Shown: piece by piece, positions 9,929 to 19,741 of the stretch | Position numbering within the stretch: position 1 is the first letter of the stretch | Layout of the letters: the number at the start of each line of letters is the position of its first letter | Origin: an uncultured Clostridia bacterium | GTDB lineage: Bacteria; Bacillota; Clostridia; Peptostreptococcales; Anaerovoracaceae | NCBI GenBank assembly: GCA_938045615.1 | Contig: CALIBC010000178.1 | Coordinates: forward strand, 162,481-226,480 | Direction: 5' to 3' | Length of the DNA stretch: 64,000 bases | Translations under genes and position numbers: made by a program | The notes under the pieces: generated by a model | Database searches by the model: none | Told to the model about the DNA's origin: nothing | The model's input: the letters and a program-made list of their open reading frames with translations, nothing else

Positions 9929-11671
9929 ATGAGTTTTTTCAATGTGGCAAATCTGATCGGAGGGCTGTGTCTGTTCCTTTTCGGAATGACAATTATGGGT
10001 CAAGCTCTGGAACGTCGCGCCGGAAACGGTCTGGAAATGTTGCTGGGGCGGCTGACGACAAATAAGGTTGCGGGGTTTAGCACAGGGCTTGGCGTCACTG
10101 CCGTGATTCAAAGTTCCTCAGCAACAACGGTTATGGTGGTCGGATTTGTAAATTCCGGACTTATGACGCTGAAGCAGGCGATCAATGTCATTATGGGAGC
10201 CAATATCGGAACAACCGTGACGGCTTGGGTTTTAAGTCTTGCGGGGATCGATAGCGAGAACTTTTTTGTGAGTCTCTTGAAACCGACGTCGTTCACACCG
10301 CTTCTCGGGCTGATCGGCATTACACTTTACATGATGTCCAAGCAAAGCAAACACAGAGATACCGGCATGATTATGCTCGGATTCACGACATTGATGTACG
10401 GTATGGAGACGATGTCGAGCGCCGTTTCGGTTCTTCGGGATATGCCGGAGTTTCAGAACTTGTTTCTGACATTCACCAATCCTGTGCTCGGTCTCCTTGC
10501 GGGCGCTGTATTGACGGCATTGATCCAGTCAAGTTCGGCTTCTGTGGGTATCCTGCAAGCCTTGGCCTCCACCGGTGCAGTATCTTATGGAGCTACAATT
10601 CCAATTATAATGGGTCAGAATATCGGCACATGTATCACGGCGATAATTTCATCGGTTGGGACAAGTAAAAACGCAAAAAGAGCCGCACTGGTTCATCTTA
10701 TATTTAATGTCGTAGGAGCAGCTGTGTGTTTGACACTCTTCTATGTGATAAAAGCGGTTGTTGCCCCTGTTTTTCTGACACACCCTGCGAGTCTTATGGG
10801 TATAGCGGTCGTTCATTCCATTTTTAACATTCTTTGTACATTATTGTTGTTTCCGCTCAGTGGGCTGCTTGAAAAAACAGTATGCAGACTGATCCCCGAC
10901 GCAAGAGAGCCTGAAAAGATGCAAGAACTTGATGAAAGATTGCTTGAAAGTCCGGCGCTTGCGCTTAACCAATGCAATCAAGTACTTGTACGCATGGCAA
11001 CGGCGGCTGTTGGTGCATTGAAGGACAGCCTTGAAAGCGTAATGCATTACGACAGGGCAAAAGCGGAGGAAATCCGTGAAGCAGAGGCGCAAACCGATCA
11101 TCTGGAAGATATCCTCGGTACATATCTTGTAAAACTCACTTCCCATCAACCCGGGGATGAGGAAAGCCTGAGAGCAACTGAGTTTATGAAACTGATCGGT
11201 GATTATGAACGCATCGCCGACCATGCGGTAAATATTCTGGAGTCGGTGGAAGAAATGAAACGGAAAAATATAGTTTTTTCCGATGAGGCGACAAAGGAGT
11301 ATCGCAATATTCGTTCGGCACTTTCGGAAATACTGGATTTGTCTTATGATGCATTTTCAAACAGCGATCTTGTGGCCGCCAAAAGAACCGAGCCTCTTGA
11401 AGAGGTAATTGACAAACTCAAGGAAGAACTCCGCACACGACATATTTTGCGACTGCAAAAAGGCGAATGTTCGGTTGATGCCGGTTTTATCTGGTCGGAT
11501 TTGTTGACGGATATGGAACGTGTTTCGGATCATTGTTCAAACATTTCCGGTTGCGTTCTCGATACCGGAGGGCACACGATGAACATTCACGAAAATCAAC
11601 GGATTTTCAGAGATTCAGATGAAGAATACAAGGACAATTACACCATGTTTCGGCACAAATACGGGATTTAA
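9929..11671 (+). CDS. Na/Pi cotransporter family protein with C-terminal PhoU-like domain
   Basis: Duplicated QSSSAT / QSSSAS motifs in the polytopic N-terminal half. The C-terminal helical half has PhoU-like repeats (ERIADHAVNI, ERVSDHCSNI). Confidence 0.85.
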   Translation: MSFFNVANLIGGLCLFLFGMTIMGQALERRAGNGLEMLLGRLTTNKVAGFSTGLGVTAVIQSSSATTVMVVGFVNSGLMTLKQAINVIMGANIGTTVTAWVLSLAGIDSENFFVSLLKPTSFTPLLGLIGITLYMMSKQSKHRDTGMIMLGFTTLMYGMETMSSAVSVLRDMPEFQNLFLTFTNPVLGLLAGAVLTALIQSSSASVGILQALASTGAVSYGATIPIIMGQNIGTCITAIISSVGTSKNAKRAALVHLIFNVVGAAVCLTLFYVIKAVVAPVFLTHPASLMGIAVVHSIFNILCTLLLFPLSGLLEKTVCRLIPDAREPEKMQELDERLLESPALALNQCNQVLVRMATAAVGALKDSLESVMHYDRAKAEEIREAEAQTDHLEDILGTYLVKLTSHQPGDEESLRATEFMKLIGDYERIADHAVNILESVEEMKRKNIVFSDEATKEYRNIRSALSEILDLSYDAFSNSDLVAAKRTEPLEEVIDKLKEELRTRHILRLQKGECSVDAGFIWSDLLTDMERVSDHCSNISGCVLDTGGHTMNIHENQRIFRDSDEEYKDNYTMFRHKYGI

Positions 11672-11721
11672 CAACAAGCATATATAAGCATATATAATAA
11701 AGGACATGCCGATGTAACATA

Positions 11722-12864
11722 TTAAGAATCACGGAGCATCATTTCAAGCGAGTTGTCGAGGAAAAAGGTGTTTGCATTGTAAAGAAACAGCACATCGGTG
11801 ATACCGTTTGAAGTGATCAGATCCTTCACACTGTCATAAAAATATCTGGGGTCTACGACCACTATGCGTTTATAATGTTGAGATAGAAACGGTATCATGC
11901 TGTTTGCATAAGAATCTTTTATCAGAAGCAGATTTCTTTTTGAATCACAGGGTGTCTGTATCGTATAGAGGGGATGGTTACTTCCTCCGAAAACGGTATA
12001 GGCATCCTTTTTTTTCAGGTTTTTCAACTGATAAAAGTTCGTGGTCTTCTTTTTTGTGTCGGCATAATATATAACGGAATCAATGTGGTTTTTCTTGTTT
12101 TCGGGCAGAAAAATTTTGATCTTGTCATCCAGTCCGTTTACGAAGCCGCTTTTTGAATAGAGAGTTCCTTTGAAGTCCTTCTTCACCACGTATCCGTCGT
12201 AGCCGGGGATTTCGGTGAATCCCATAGCCTTTGCCGCATATTTATAGGCAATATAAGCCCCGTCGCTTGTCCAGTGATGATCGGTTCTGTAATAAAGCTG
12301 TACATTGTCTTTTTCTGCAGCGAATTTCCTGCGGATATCTATGCATTTGTATCCGGATCTTGCGATTTTCTTATAGAATTCATCTATGTATCTGTTCTGA
12401 TCTTTCAGACGCACTGTGTTTGGGAGTTTGTCTTGATAAACATTGGCCGCATTCGGCGCAAGCAGAAAGTACGTGGCAAGATGCTTGTGCTTTCTCTTGA
12501 AGAAATTGAGCGCATTCTCCGTGTTTGCGAAATATTTTCCGGGAGCCGAGATTTCATCCATGAGATAGTTGTCCTTACATCTATATACTCCGTTTGCTTC
12601 AAGTTTCCCTGCCAGAACGTCGGCTACGGATTTTAACCCGACAAAAAGATCGCGGAAAGGAAACTGGTCGTTTACGTAATCTTCCGTCTTACGTTCAAAA
12701 CGGCCGTCAATATATTTGCTTACCGAAAAAGAGGGCTTTCCCTGCAGAACTCTGTTTTCAGACTCAGAGAATTTCCTGTTGTCGGATAAGAGTATGCCGA
12801 ATAAGAATATTCCGAGTACGAGTATAAATATTATTGCGGTTATTTTTTCGGTTGAAAACTTCAT
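11722..12864 (-). CDS. DHHW family protein (AlgX/AlgJ-like extracytoplasmic acyltransferase candidate), N-terminal TM anchor
   Basis: The signature YYRTDHHWTSDGAY. The start was set to ATG 12864, 5 nt after GGAGG; the ORF track starts at 12879. Confidence 0.75.
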   Translation of the reverse strand: MKFSTEKITAIIFILVLGIFLFGILLSDNRKFSESENRVLQGKPSFSVSKYIDGRFERKTEDYVNDQFPFRDLFVGLKSVADVLAGKLEANGVYRCKDNYLMDEISAPGKYFANTENALNFFKRKHKHLATYFLLAPNAANVYQDKLPNTVRLKDQNRYIDEFYKKIARSGYKCIDIRRKFAAEKDNVQLYYRTDHHWTSDGAYIAYKYAAKAMGFTEIPGYDGYVVKKDFKGTLYSKSGFVNGLDDKIKIFLPENKKNHIDSVIYYADTKKKTTNFYQLKNLKKKDAYTVFGGSNHPLYTIQTPCDSKRNLLLIKDSYANSMIPFLSQHYKRIVVVDPRYFYDSVKDLITSNGITDVLFLYNANTFFLDNSLEMMLRDS

Positions 12865-12881
12865 GAAGGCCTCCGTCAATT

Positions 12882-14285
12882 TTAAAATCTGAAATATAAA
12901 AACGGGTTGTAGGAGTCATATATCAGGTATCCTGCGGCTACCGTAAAGATACCCGTAAGAAAGACGATCTCCGCAAGCGGGTATTTATCGGCGACTGTCT
13001 TAAAAGCATCCATACCTTTTCGGGCAGCGATAAGACACGCAAGAACCAGCAAAATGAGATTTGTTCTCAGCAGATAGATCGTTGTCATGTTTAAAAAATC
13101 AATTCCTGAAAGTCCCGACAGTTGTTTTATATAGTCGAGTGCGGTCGGAAGATCTTTACTCGAAAAGAAGACCCAGCCGACAATAACGACAAGGCCGGTA
13201 TACACATGTCTTATGGCGGGTTTCAGAACTTGTAGATATTCCCCGTAGAGATATTTTTCGAGAATCAGAAGTATTCCGTAGTAAAGCCCCCAGACCACAA
13301 AGTTCCAACTTGCGCCGTGCCAGAGTCCCGTTAGAGCCCACACGATCAGAAGATTCACGATGTGACGGCTTGCGGACACCCTGTTACCGCCGAGCGGAAT
13401 GTACAGATATTCTCTGAACCATGAGGAAAGCGAAATGTGCCATCTTCTCCAGAACTCGGTGATACTTTCTGAAATATACGGATAATTGAAGTTCTCCTTG
13501 AACTTAAAGCCGAACATTCTGCCCAGGCCGATTGCCATATCCGAGTAGCCGCTGAAATCAAAGTATAGTTGCAGCGTGTATGCAATGATAGCGATCCACG
13601 ATGTAATCACGGAACTTTCTGATGCCGAAAGTCCTATAACAAACCGGTGCAGAACGCCTAAATTGTTCGCAAGTATTACTTTTTTCGCAAGTCCGAAGAT
13701 GAATCTCCGCGCACCGTGACCGAAGCGGTCGAGAGTGATCGTCCTTGCGGACAACTGCTGTTCTATATCCTTATAATTTATGATCGGGCCTGCGATAAGC
13801 TGTGGAAACAGCGAGATGTACAGGGCGAAATTCAAAAAGCTTTTCTGAGGTCTGACTTCGCTTTTATACACATCGATAACGTAAGAAAGTGCCTGAAATG
13901 TGTAGAAAGATATTCCCACAGGCAAAGGCAGAGCAGTGTAGGATATGTTGCTGCCGAATATCCCGTTGACGGTGTCCATAAGAAAACCGAAGTACTTGAA
14001 GAAACACAGAATTGACAGATTTACAAAAATCGTAAAGACAAAGTCAAGTTTTCCACGTCCGCCTCTGATTTTCGCACGGACTATAATGTGTGCCATAAAG
14101 TAATTGAAGAAAGAGGTGTATATCATAAGTAAAACATACACAGGTTCACCCCAACTGTAGAATATAAGGCTGAATATCAAAAGTGCCGCATTCTTTGCGG
14201 AAAAATACTTTTTCGGGATTGCATAATATATTATCAGCAACAAAGGCAAGAACAGAAAGATAAAAGAGGTACTGCTAAATAGCAT
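12882..14285 (-). CDS. MBOAT family O-acyltransferase (AlgI/DltB/PatA-like)
   Basis: Polytopic protein with the conserved FWRRWHISLSSWFREYLYIPLGG histidine block. The start was set at MLFSSTSF (14285). Confidence 0.9.
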   Translation of the reverse strand: MLFSSTSFIFLFLPLLLIIYYAIPKKYFSAKNAALLIFSLIFYSWGEPVYVLLMIYTSFFNYFMAHIIVRAKIRGGRGKLDFVFTIFVNLSILCFFKYFGFLMDTVNGIFGSNISYTALPLPVGISFYTFQALSYVIDVYKSEVRPQKSFLNFALYISLFPQLIAGPIINYKDIEQQLSARTITLDRFGHGARRFIFGLAKKVILANNLGVLHRFVIGLSASESSVITSWIAIIAYTLQLYFDFSGYSDMAIGLGRMFGFKFKENFNYPYISESITEFWRRWHISLSSWFREYLYIPLGGNRVSASRHIVNLLIVWALTGLWHGASWNFVVWGLYYGILLILEKYLYGEYLQVLKPAIRHVYTGLVVIVGWVFFSSKDLPTALDYIKQLSGLSGIDFLNMTTIYLLRTNLILLVLACLIAARKGMDAFKTVADKYPLAEIVFLTGIFTVAAGYLIYDSYNPFLYFRF

Positions 14286-14793
14286 CTTCGAACACCTCCT
14301 GACATGAATCCGCATTTTTGCCTACCGCATAGAAAAGATATCTCCCTTTTTTGTATATCACGGCGTTGTTGAGCAGATTGACCTGATTCGGCGCATATCC
14401 CTCAAAGGTCTTGATCCTACCCGCAATCCGAGCATCGACGGCATCCTCGACGAGCGGTATATCATTTTTCTTATATGCCTTTATTATAAGAAGTTCGTCG
14501 GCGCTCATCGCATCCTTACTCCGGTAGTAAAGAAAAGAGTCGTACGAATTATAGTCAAGATTCATGAATTGCATCAGCTGCCTGTTTGTACATTTTTTCA
14601 TGCCGGCCATATTGCTTTTTGACTTCAAGGTTTCTTCAAAAGTTTCCAGAGAAATGTTTTTGGCGTTTGAACTCGCATAAACGAGCGTCATGAATATGAG
14701 CAAAATGATGATTAAAACTATTTTGGTGATTCCCGATGCACCGAGAACTTTCAATATACGGATGATTTTATTTCTGATGATATTCAACATCAC
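14275..14793 (-). CDS. DUF4358 domain protein, N-terminal TM anchor
   Basis: The sequence pattern (LMQFMNLDYNSYDSFLYY ... ADELLIIKA ... FEGYAPNQVNLLNNAVIYKKGRYLFY) matches my recollection of DUF4358. It overlaps both neighbouring genes. Confidence 0.6.
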   Translation of the reverse strand: MMLNIIRNKIIRILKVLGASGITKIVLIIILLIFMTLVYASSNAKNISLETFEETLKSKSNMAGMKKCTNRQLMQFMNLDYNSYDSFLYYRSKDAMSADELLIIKAYKKNDIPLVEDAVDARIAGRIKTFEGYAPNQVNLLNNAVIYKKGRYLFYAVGKNADSCQEVFEDAI

Positions 14794-15632
14794 AGACCTG
14801 CTTTCAATATCATATTGTCGAGCCAGAGTTTGTAGTAGGCGGGGTTCACATGTATGCCGTCATTTCCGTAATATTCGGGATGTTCTTCGAGGATATAGTT
14901 GTTCTCAATAAAAGTTATGTGCATGGATCTGCACATTTGTCTTATCGAGGAATTGAAGCTTTTGTATTGATTCAGCGATCGGTTTTTTTCACGCGCCGAC
15001 TTTGACGGTACGGATATGCTGTTGACAAATAGTTTCGTATGAGGAGATTTGGAGGAAAAATCCGAAATAATTTCACGGTATTTTTTTATAAAGGCGTTTG
15101 CATTTCCGCGGTAGTTGCCGATATCGTTCATACCGAAAGTGAAAAAAGCCGCCTTTGGAAAGGTTTTTGCCGCATTTCTCACCATCGAACCGTCTTTCAT
15201 AAGTGACGCACCGACTTTGGAGAATACCTGTTCTTCACCTAGAAAACCGTAGCTTGAGAGTCCCTCTGTTATGGAATCGCCTATTGCCACGCAACCGTCG
15301 AATATTTTTTTATAATTCGTCTTGGAAAAATCATGGCTTTTCTTGACCATCTGCATCGTTCCGCCGGCCTGTGCGATTCGTTTTTCCACGGAGGCGACAT
15401 TTGAAAAATCATAACCGGATATGAACTTCAGATTTTCTCGTATCGTGCTGTCTTTGACATCGGCTTCACTGTTGCGGTGAAAAACATTATACACGAACAT
15501 GAACACAAAAACTGCAATGATGATCGTAAGCAGATCGCGTCCGCCGATATACATCTTACCGAAACGAATTTTACCGGTCTTTCTGTCTATGTTAAATATG
15601 CTTTTTACGGTATTTTTTCCGTGCCTCATCAT
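14790..15632 (-). CDS. SGNH/GDSL hydrolase family protein, N-terminal TM anchor
   Basis: Block I AIGDSITEG, block III FGMNDI and block V DGIHVNP. Confidence 0.75.
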   Translation of the reverse strand: MMRHGKNTVKSIFNIDRKTGKIRFGKMYIGGRDLLTIIIAVFVFMFVYNVFHRNSEADVKDSTIRENLKFISGYDFSNVASVEKRIAQAGGTMQMVKKSHDFSKTNYKKIFDGCVAIGDSITEGLSSYGFLGEEQVFSKVGASLMKDGSMVRNAAKTFPKAAFFTFGMNDIGNYRGNANAFIKKYREIISDFSSKSPHTKLFVNSISVPSKSAREKNRSLNQYKSFNSSIRQMCRSMHITFIENNYILEEHPEYYGNDGIHVNPAYYKLWLDNMILKAGL

Positions 15633-15917
15633 CTTGGTACCTTTCGGAAATTCCTGTCCTGAACCTGCAAGAACGCAACCTGCAACTCTAAAAAGTGATG
15701 ATAAACGTTTTTCTTTGAATTTGCAATAGATTTGCCCGAAAAATATCCATGTACGTGCGATTGCCTGCGACGAGGACTTGCCGAATTCCTATATACGCAT
15801 TTGACGGGAAATCTGAAATTCCTTTAGAGATACAAACCGGAACTTACTTTGCAAATTAACAAGTAAAAACTTGACACCGTCCCCATCTTGCGTGGATTGG
15901 TGTTTTTTAAAAAAAAA

Positions 15918-15926
15918 TGGTATAAT
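15918..15926 (+). promoter_or_regulatory. Extended -10 element TGgTATAAT upstream of the GdpP-like gene
   Basis: TGGTATAAT lies about 75 bp upstream of ATG 16001. There is only a weak -35 (TTGGTG, 18-bp spacer). Confidence 0.35.
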
Positions 15927-16000
15927 GCAACGATAAGCCCACGCCGGCGGGCAGCAATTAGAAACAGGAAACCCGAGAGTCAAAACCCATAAATATAGAA

Positions 16001-17776
16001 ATGAGAAAGATGAGTACTTTAGAGTTTAACAAAAATTTTATTGAAGGCGTACCGATGCCCATGTGTGTCGTTGATGACAAGGGCAAAATCGTGGATTTCA
16101 ATTCGCATATAGGAGAAGTGTTTTTATATGACGATATCACCGGCAGTGATTTCTTTGCGCTTACCGGAGTCAAGCTTGAGGAAGTTATTGAGGAGTCCAA
16201 AAGTAAGGTCTACAAGACAATAGAAAGAAGCGACAAGACTTTTAAAGTCTTTACAAGTGAAGAGTCTTTTGCCGAAGGGGATGAAGGCAAGGTTCTTGTT
16301 TTTTTCTATGATATCACACGGTATGAAATTCTGAAAGAAACGTACGAAGATGAAAAGACATGTCTGGCATTGATACGTATAGATAATTATGATGAGCTTA
16401 TTGCAGGCACGCTGCCAGACATGAGGATGGAAGTTTCCTCGCGCGTCGATAAGACCATAAGGAAGTGGGCCGCAGACAGCAGGGCATCTATAGTAAAACA
16501 TAAAGAAGATGAGTATGCCATGTATTTTCAACAGACATATTTAAAGAAAATGGTGGCAGGCAAGTTTTCTATTCTGGATGAAGTGAGGCAGATAGAGACA
16601 GAGGTTGATTTTCCGATAAGTCTTTCAATAGGTGTGGGAACATCGGAGGAGAGCATGTCCGATACGGAAGAATCGTCAAGGGCGGCACTTGAGCTGGCAC
16701 TTGGTAGGGGAGGAGATCAGGCTGTTGTAAAGACCCACAATCAGATAGATTATTATGGTGGCAAGCTGCAGACCGTGGAAAAGACGAACAAAGGTAAATC
16801 CAGAGTTATTGCGCACATGCTGAAACAGCTGATTTCCGAAGCGGAACGTATATTGATAATGGGGCACAGAAATCCGGATATGGATTGTTTTGGTGCCGCC
16901 ATGGGAATGTTCAGGGTTTGCAAGATGCAAGGTCGTGATGCGGGGCTTGTGGTAGATGAGGTGAATGACTCTCTTAGAGTGATTTACAAGCAGGCAAAAG
17001 AAACCGACAAATATAGTTTTCTTTCCGGTGAGAAAGCGATGGAACTTGCCGATGAGAGAACGCTTCTTATAGTTGTCGACACCCACAGACCAAGCTATGT
17101 GTCCTGCCCGGAGCTTCTTGAAAAAGCCGGCAAGGTGGCAGTAATAGATCATCACAGGCGTGCGGCGGATTTTATCAAAGATGCGGATCTGTCATACATA
17201 GAATCATACGCTTCCTCCGCCTGCGAGTTGGTGGCAGAGATATTACAGTACTCGGGAAAGAAAAGAGTGCTGGAGAAGTTGGAAGCGGAGGCGCTGCTTG
17301 GGGGAATTACCCTCGATACCAATAGATTTGCGGTCAAAACGGGCGTCAGAACTTTTGAGGCAGCTGCATGGCTGCGGCGATCAGGAGCGGACACGACCGA
17401 GGTGAAGAGATTTTTCCAGATGAACATGGACATGTTCAAGGTAAGAGCCAAAGGTATAGCTTCAGCAGAACTTCACAATAACGGGGTAGCAACGTCTCTT
17501 TGCGAGGGATACAATAGAGATGCGCAAATAATAAATTCACAGGTTGCCGATGAACTTTTAAATATCGAAGGCGTCAAAGCGGCATTTGTCGCAAGCAAAA
17601 ATGATTCGGGCAAGACGGTAGTGAGCGCAAGATCTCTGGGAGAATTGAACGTACAGGTGATAATGGAAAAATTGGGGGGCGGAGGACATCTGACCACCGC
17701 AGGTGCGCAAGTTGAAGAAAGTCCGGAAGATGTTCTGGAAGTCATAAAAAATATTATCGGCAGCGGGAAGAGGTAG
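16001..17776 (+). CDS. DHH/DHHA1 phosphoesterase with PAS-like and degenerate GGDEF-like N-terminal regions (GdpP-like, no TM helices)
   Basis: DHH motifs (ILIMGHRNPDMDCFG, VVDTHR, DHHR), the DHHA1 motif GGGGH, and the conserved position upstream of rplI-dnaB. ATG 16010 is an alternative start. Confidence 0.85.
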   Translation: MRKMSTLEFNKNFIEGVPMPMCVVDDKGKIVDFNSHIGEVFLYDDITGSDFFALTGVKLEEVIEESKSKVYKTIERSDKTFKVFTSEESFAEGDEGKVLVFFYDITRYEILKETYEDEKTCLALIRIDNYDELIAGTLPDMRMEVSSRVDKTIRKWAADSRASIVKHKEDEYAMYFQQTYLKKMVAGKFSILDEVRQIETEVDFPISLSIGVGTSEESMSDTEESSRAALELALGRGGDQAVVKTHNQIDYYGGKLQTVEKTNKGKSRVIAHMLKQLISEAERILIMGHRNPDMDCFGAAMGMFRVCKMQGRDAGLVVDEVNDSLRVIYKQAKETDKYSFLSGEKAMELADERTLLIVVDTHRPSYVSCPELLEKAGKVAVIDHHRRAADFIKDADLSYIESYASSACELVAEILQYSGKKRVLEKLEAEALLGGITLDTNRFAVKTGVRTFEAAAWLRRSGADTTEVKRFFQMNMDMFKVRAKGIASAELHNNGVATSLCEGYNRDAQIINSQVADELLNIEGVKAAFVASKNDSGKTVVSARSLGELNVQVIMEKLGGGGHLTTAGAQVEESPEDVLEVIKNIIGSGKR

Positions 17777-17779
17777 GCA

Positions 17780-18223
17780 ATGATTGTTATTTTAAAGAGA
17801 GATATTAAGGGAACCGGAAAATCCGGAGAAATAGTAAAAGTAAGCGACGGATACGCCAGGAATATGTTGCTCCCGAAGGGCTGGGCGATCGAAGCTACCA
17901 AAGGCAATGTGAACACGCTTGAAAAAGTGAAGGCAAAACAGGAAGAAGAGGCGGCAGCGAAGAAAAAGGCAGCTGAAGAGACAGCCGCCAAGATAAAGAC
18001 CATAGAAGTGGTGATCAAGACGAAAGCAGGCGACGGCGGCAGGCTTTTCGGTTCGATCACATCCAAAGATGTGTGTGATGCACTCAAAGAGCAGTATAAG
18101 ATTGTCGTCGATAAGAAAAATCTTCAAATGAGTCAACCTATAAAGGCGTTGGGAACATTTAGCGTCAAAATCAAGCTGCACCGGGATGTTTCAACGGAAT
18201 TGACCGTGAAAGTCACGGATTGA
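17780..18223 (+). CDS. rplI: 50S ribosomal protein L9
   Basis: N-terminus MIVILKRDIKGTGKSGEIVKVSDGYARNMLLPKG, 147 aa. Confidence 0.95.
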   Translation: MIVILKRDIKGTGKSGEIVKVSDGYARNMLLPKGWAIEATKGNVNTLEKVKAKQEEEAAAKKKAAEETAAKIKTIEVVIKTKAGDGGRLFGSITSKDVCDALKEQYKIVVDKKNLQMSQPIKALGTFSVKIKLHRDVSTELTVKVTD

Positions 18224-18350
18224 AAATAAGAAGTGACGATTTTAGGACGTAGCCGGCGGGATAAGTGAAAACCGAAATTGCGCCGCCGTCTAAATGTACC
18301 GATTGGGTACAATTGTAAACTGAAGTTGACAAAACAAGGGTAATGCAATA

Positions 18351-19670
18351 ATGATAGAAAAAATTCCTCCACATAATCCGGATGCGGAAAGATCTGTCCT
18401 CGGCTCGGGGCTGCTCAGCAAGGAGGCGCTTGCTGACGTTGTCGAATTTATATCTCCGGGCGATTTTTATGACGGTGCGAATAAAGAAATCTTTACCGTG
18501 ATGCTGGATATGTTCAGAGAAAACAAGGCCGTGGATATAGTCACCGTCTGCGATGAGCTAAAGCGAAGAAAACTGCTTGATGCCGTCGGCGGAAGAAGCT
18601 ATGTCGCAACTCTTTCCGGTGAGGTTCCGGTTACCACTAATGCGGCAGAATACGCAAAGATCGTGGCGGAAAAAGCATCTATACGTAAATTGATACGTAC
18701 CTCGGAAATCATAAGAGAAAACAGTTTTGACCAGAACCGGGATGCCGAGGAAATAATCAATTTTGCGGAAAAAGAGATCTTGGCAATAGCGCAGGAACGC
18801 CAAAAAGGAGATTACGCCGAACTTAAGGATGTACTAATGACAGATCTGGATTTGCTTGATGCGGCGGTGAAAAATCAAGGAAAGATCACGGGAGTTCCAA
18901 CGGGATTCAAACAACTGGACAATATGACCTATGGATTGCAAAAGTCGGATCTCATAATCGTAGCGGCAAGACCTGCTATGGGTAAAACCGCATTCGCCTT
19001 GAACATAGCCTTAAACGGTGCGGTAAAAGGAGATGCATCTGTTTTGATCTTCAGTTTGGAGATGTCCAAGGAGCAGCTTGGGCAGAGACTGCTTTCCATG
19101 GATGCGCGCGTGGAGATGCAGAGTATTAAAAAAGGAACGGTCGACAACAGTGATTGGGACAGGATACTGGTGACGGTGGACAAGCTTTCCAAAGCAAAAA
19201 TTCATATAGATGACACGGCAGATTTAAGTGTTTTCGAGATAAAAAACAAGTGTAGAAGGCTGAAAGCGGAGAAAGGCCTTGATCTTATAGTCATAGACTA
19301 TCTTCAGCTGATGAAGTTCGAAGGCAAAGCAGAGAGCAGACAACAGGAGATAAGCAACATGTCGCGCTATCTGAAACTGCTTGCAAGAGAGATGGATTGT
19401 CCGGTCATAGTGCTATCACAGCTTTCCCGTGCCCCCGACCAGAGACCGAATCATATGCCGGTGCTGTCTGATTTACGTGAGTCCGGGGCGATAGAGCAGG
19501 ATGCCGATATCGTAATGTTTCTGTACAGGGACGACTATTATGAAAAAGAAAACTCGGAAAAACCGGGAGTTTGCGACGTGATAATCGCAAAGCACAGAAG
19601 CGGACCCACGGGAGATATAGAACTTACGTGGGTGGATCGCTACACCAGATTCAGCGATATGGCAAACTGA
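18351..19670 (+). CDS. dnaB: Replicative DNA helicase (DnaB family; DnaC in B. subtilis nomenclature)
   Basis: PPHNPDAERSVLG N-terminus, Walker A ARPAMGKTAF, Walker B VIDYLQLM and the SQLSR motif. Confidence 0.95.
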   Translation: MIEKIPPHNPDAERSVLGSGLLSKEALADVVEFISPGDFYDGANKEIFTVMLDMFRENKAVDIVTVCDELKRRKLLDAVGGRSYVATLSGEVPVTTNAAEYAKIVAEKASIRKLIRTSEIIRENSFDQNRDAEEIINFAEKEILAIAQERQKGDYAELKDVLMTDLDLLDAAVKNQGKITGVPTGFKQLDNMTYGLQKSDLIIVAARPAMGKTAFALNIALNGAVKGDASVLIFSLEMSKEQLGQRLLSMDARVEMQSIKKGTVDNSDWDRILVTVDKLSKAKIHIDDTADLSVFEIKNKCRRLKAEKGLDLIVIDYLQLMKFEGKAESRQQEISNMSRYLKLLAREMDCPVIVLSQLSRAPDQRPNHMPVLSDLRESGAIEQDADIVMFLYRDDYYEKENSEKPGVCDVIIAKHRSGPTGDIELTWVDRYTRFSDMAN

Positions 19671-19741
19671 AGCATCACGCACTGCGTGTGACCACCGGTA
19701 AGATTGGCACAAGCGGTAATGAGTAGTACAAGTAATAAAAT

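Noticed and set aside
11679-11700. A tandem AGCATATATA x2 just after the Na/Pi transporter gene.
   Set aside because: It is only two short AT-rich copies in a convergent spacer, which is compatible with chance or slippage. No associated structure is present.
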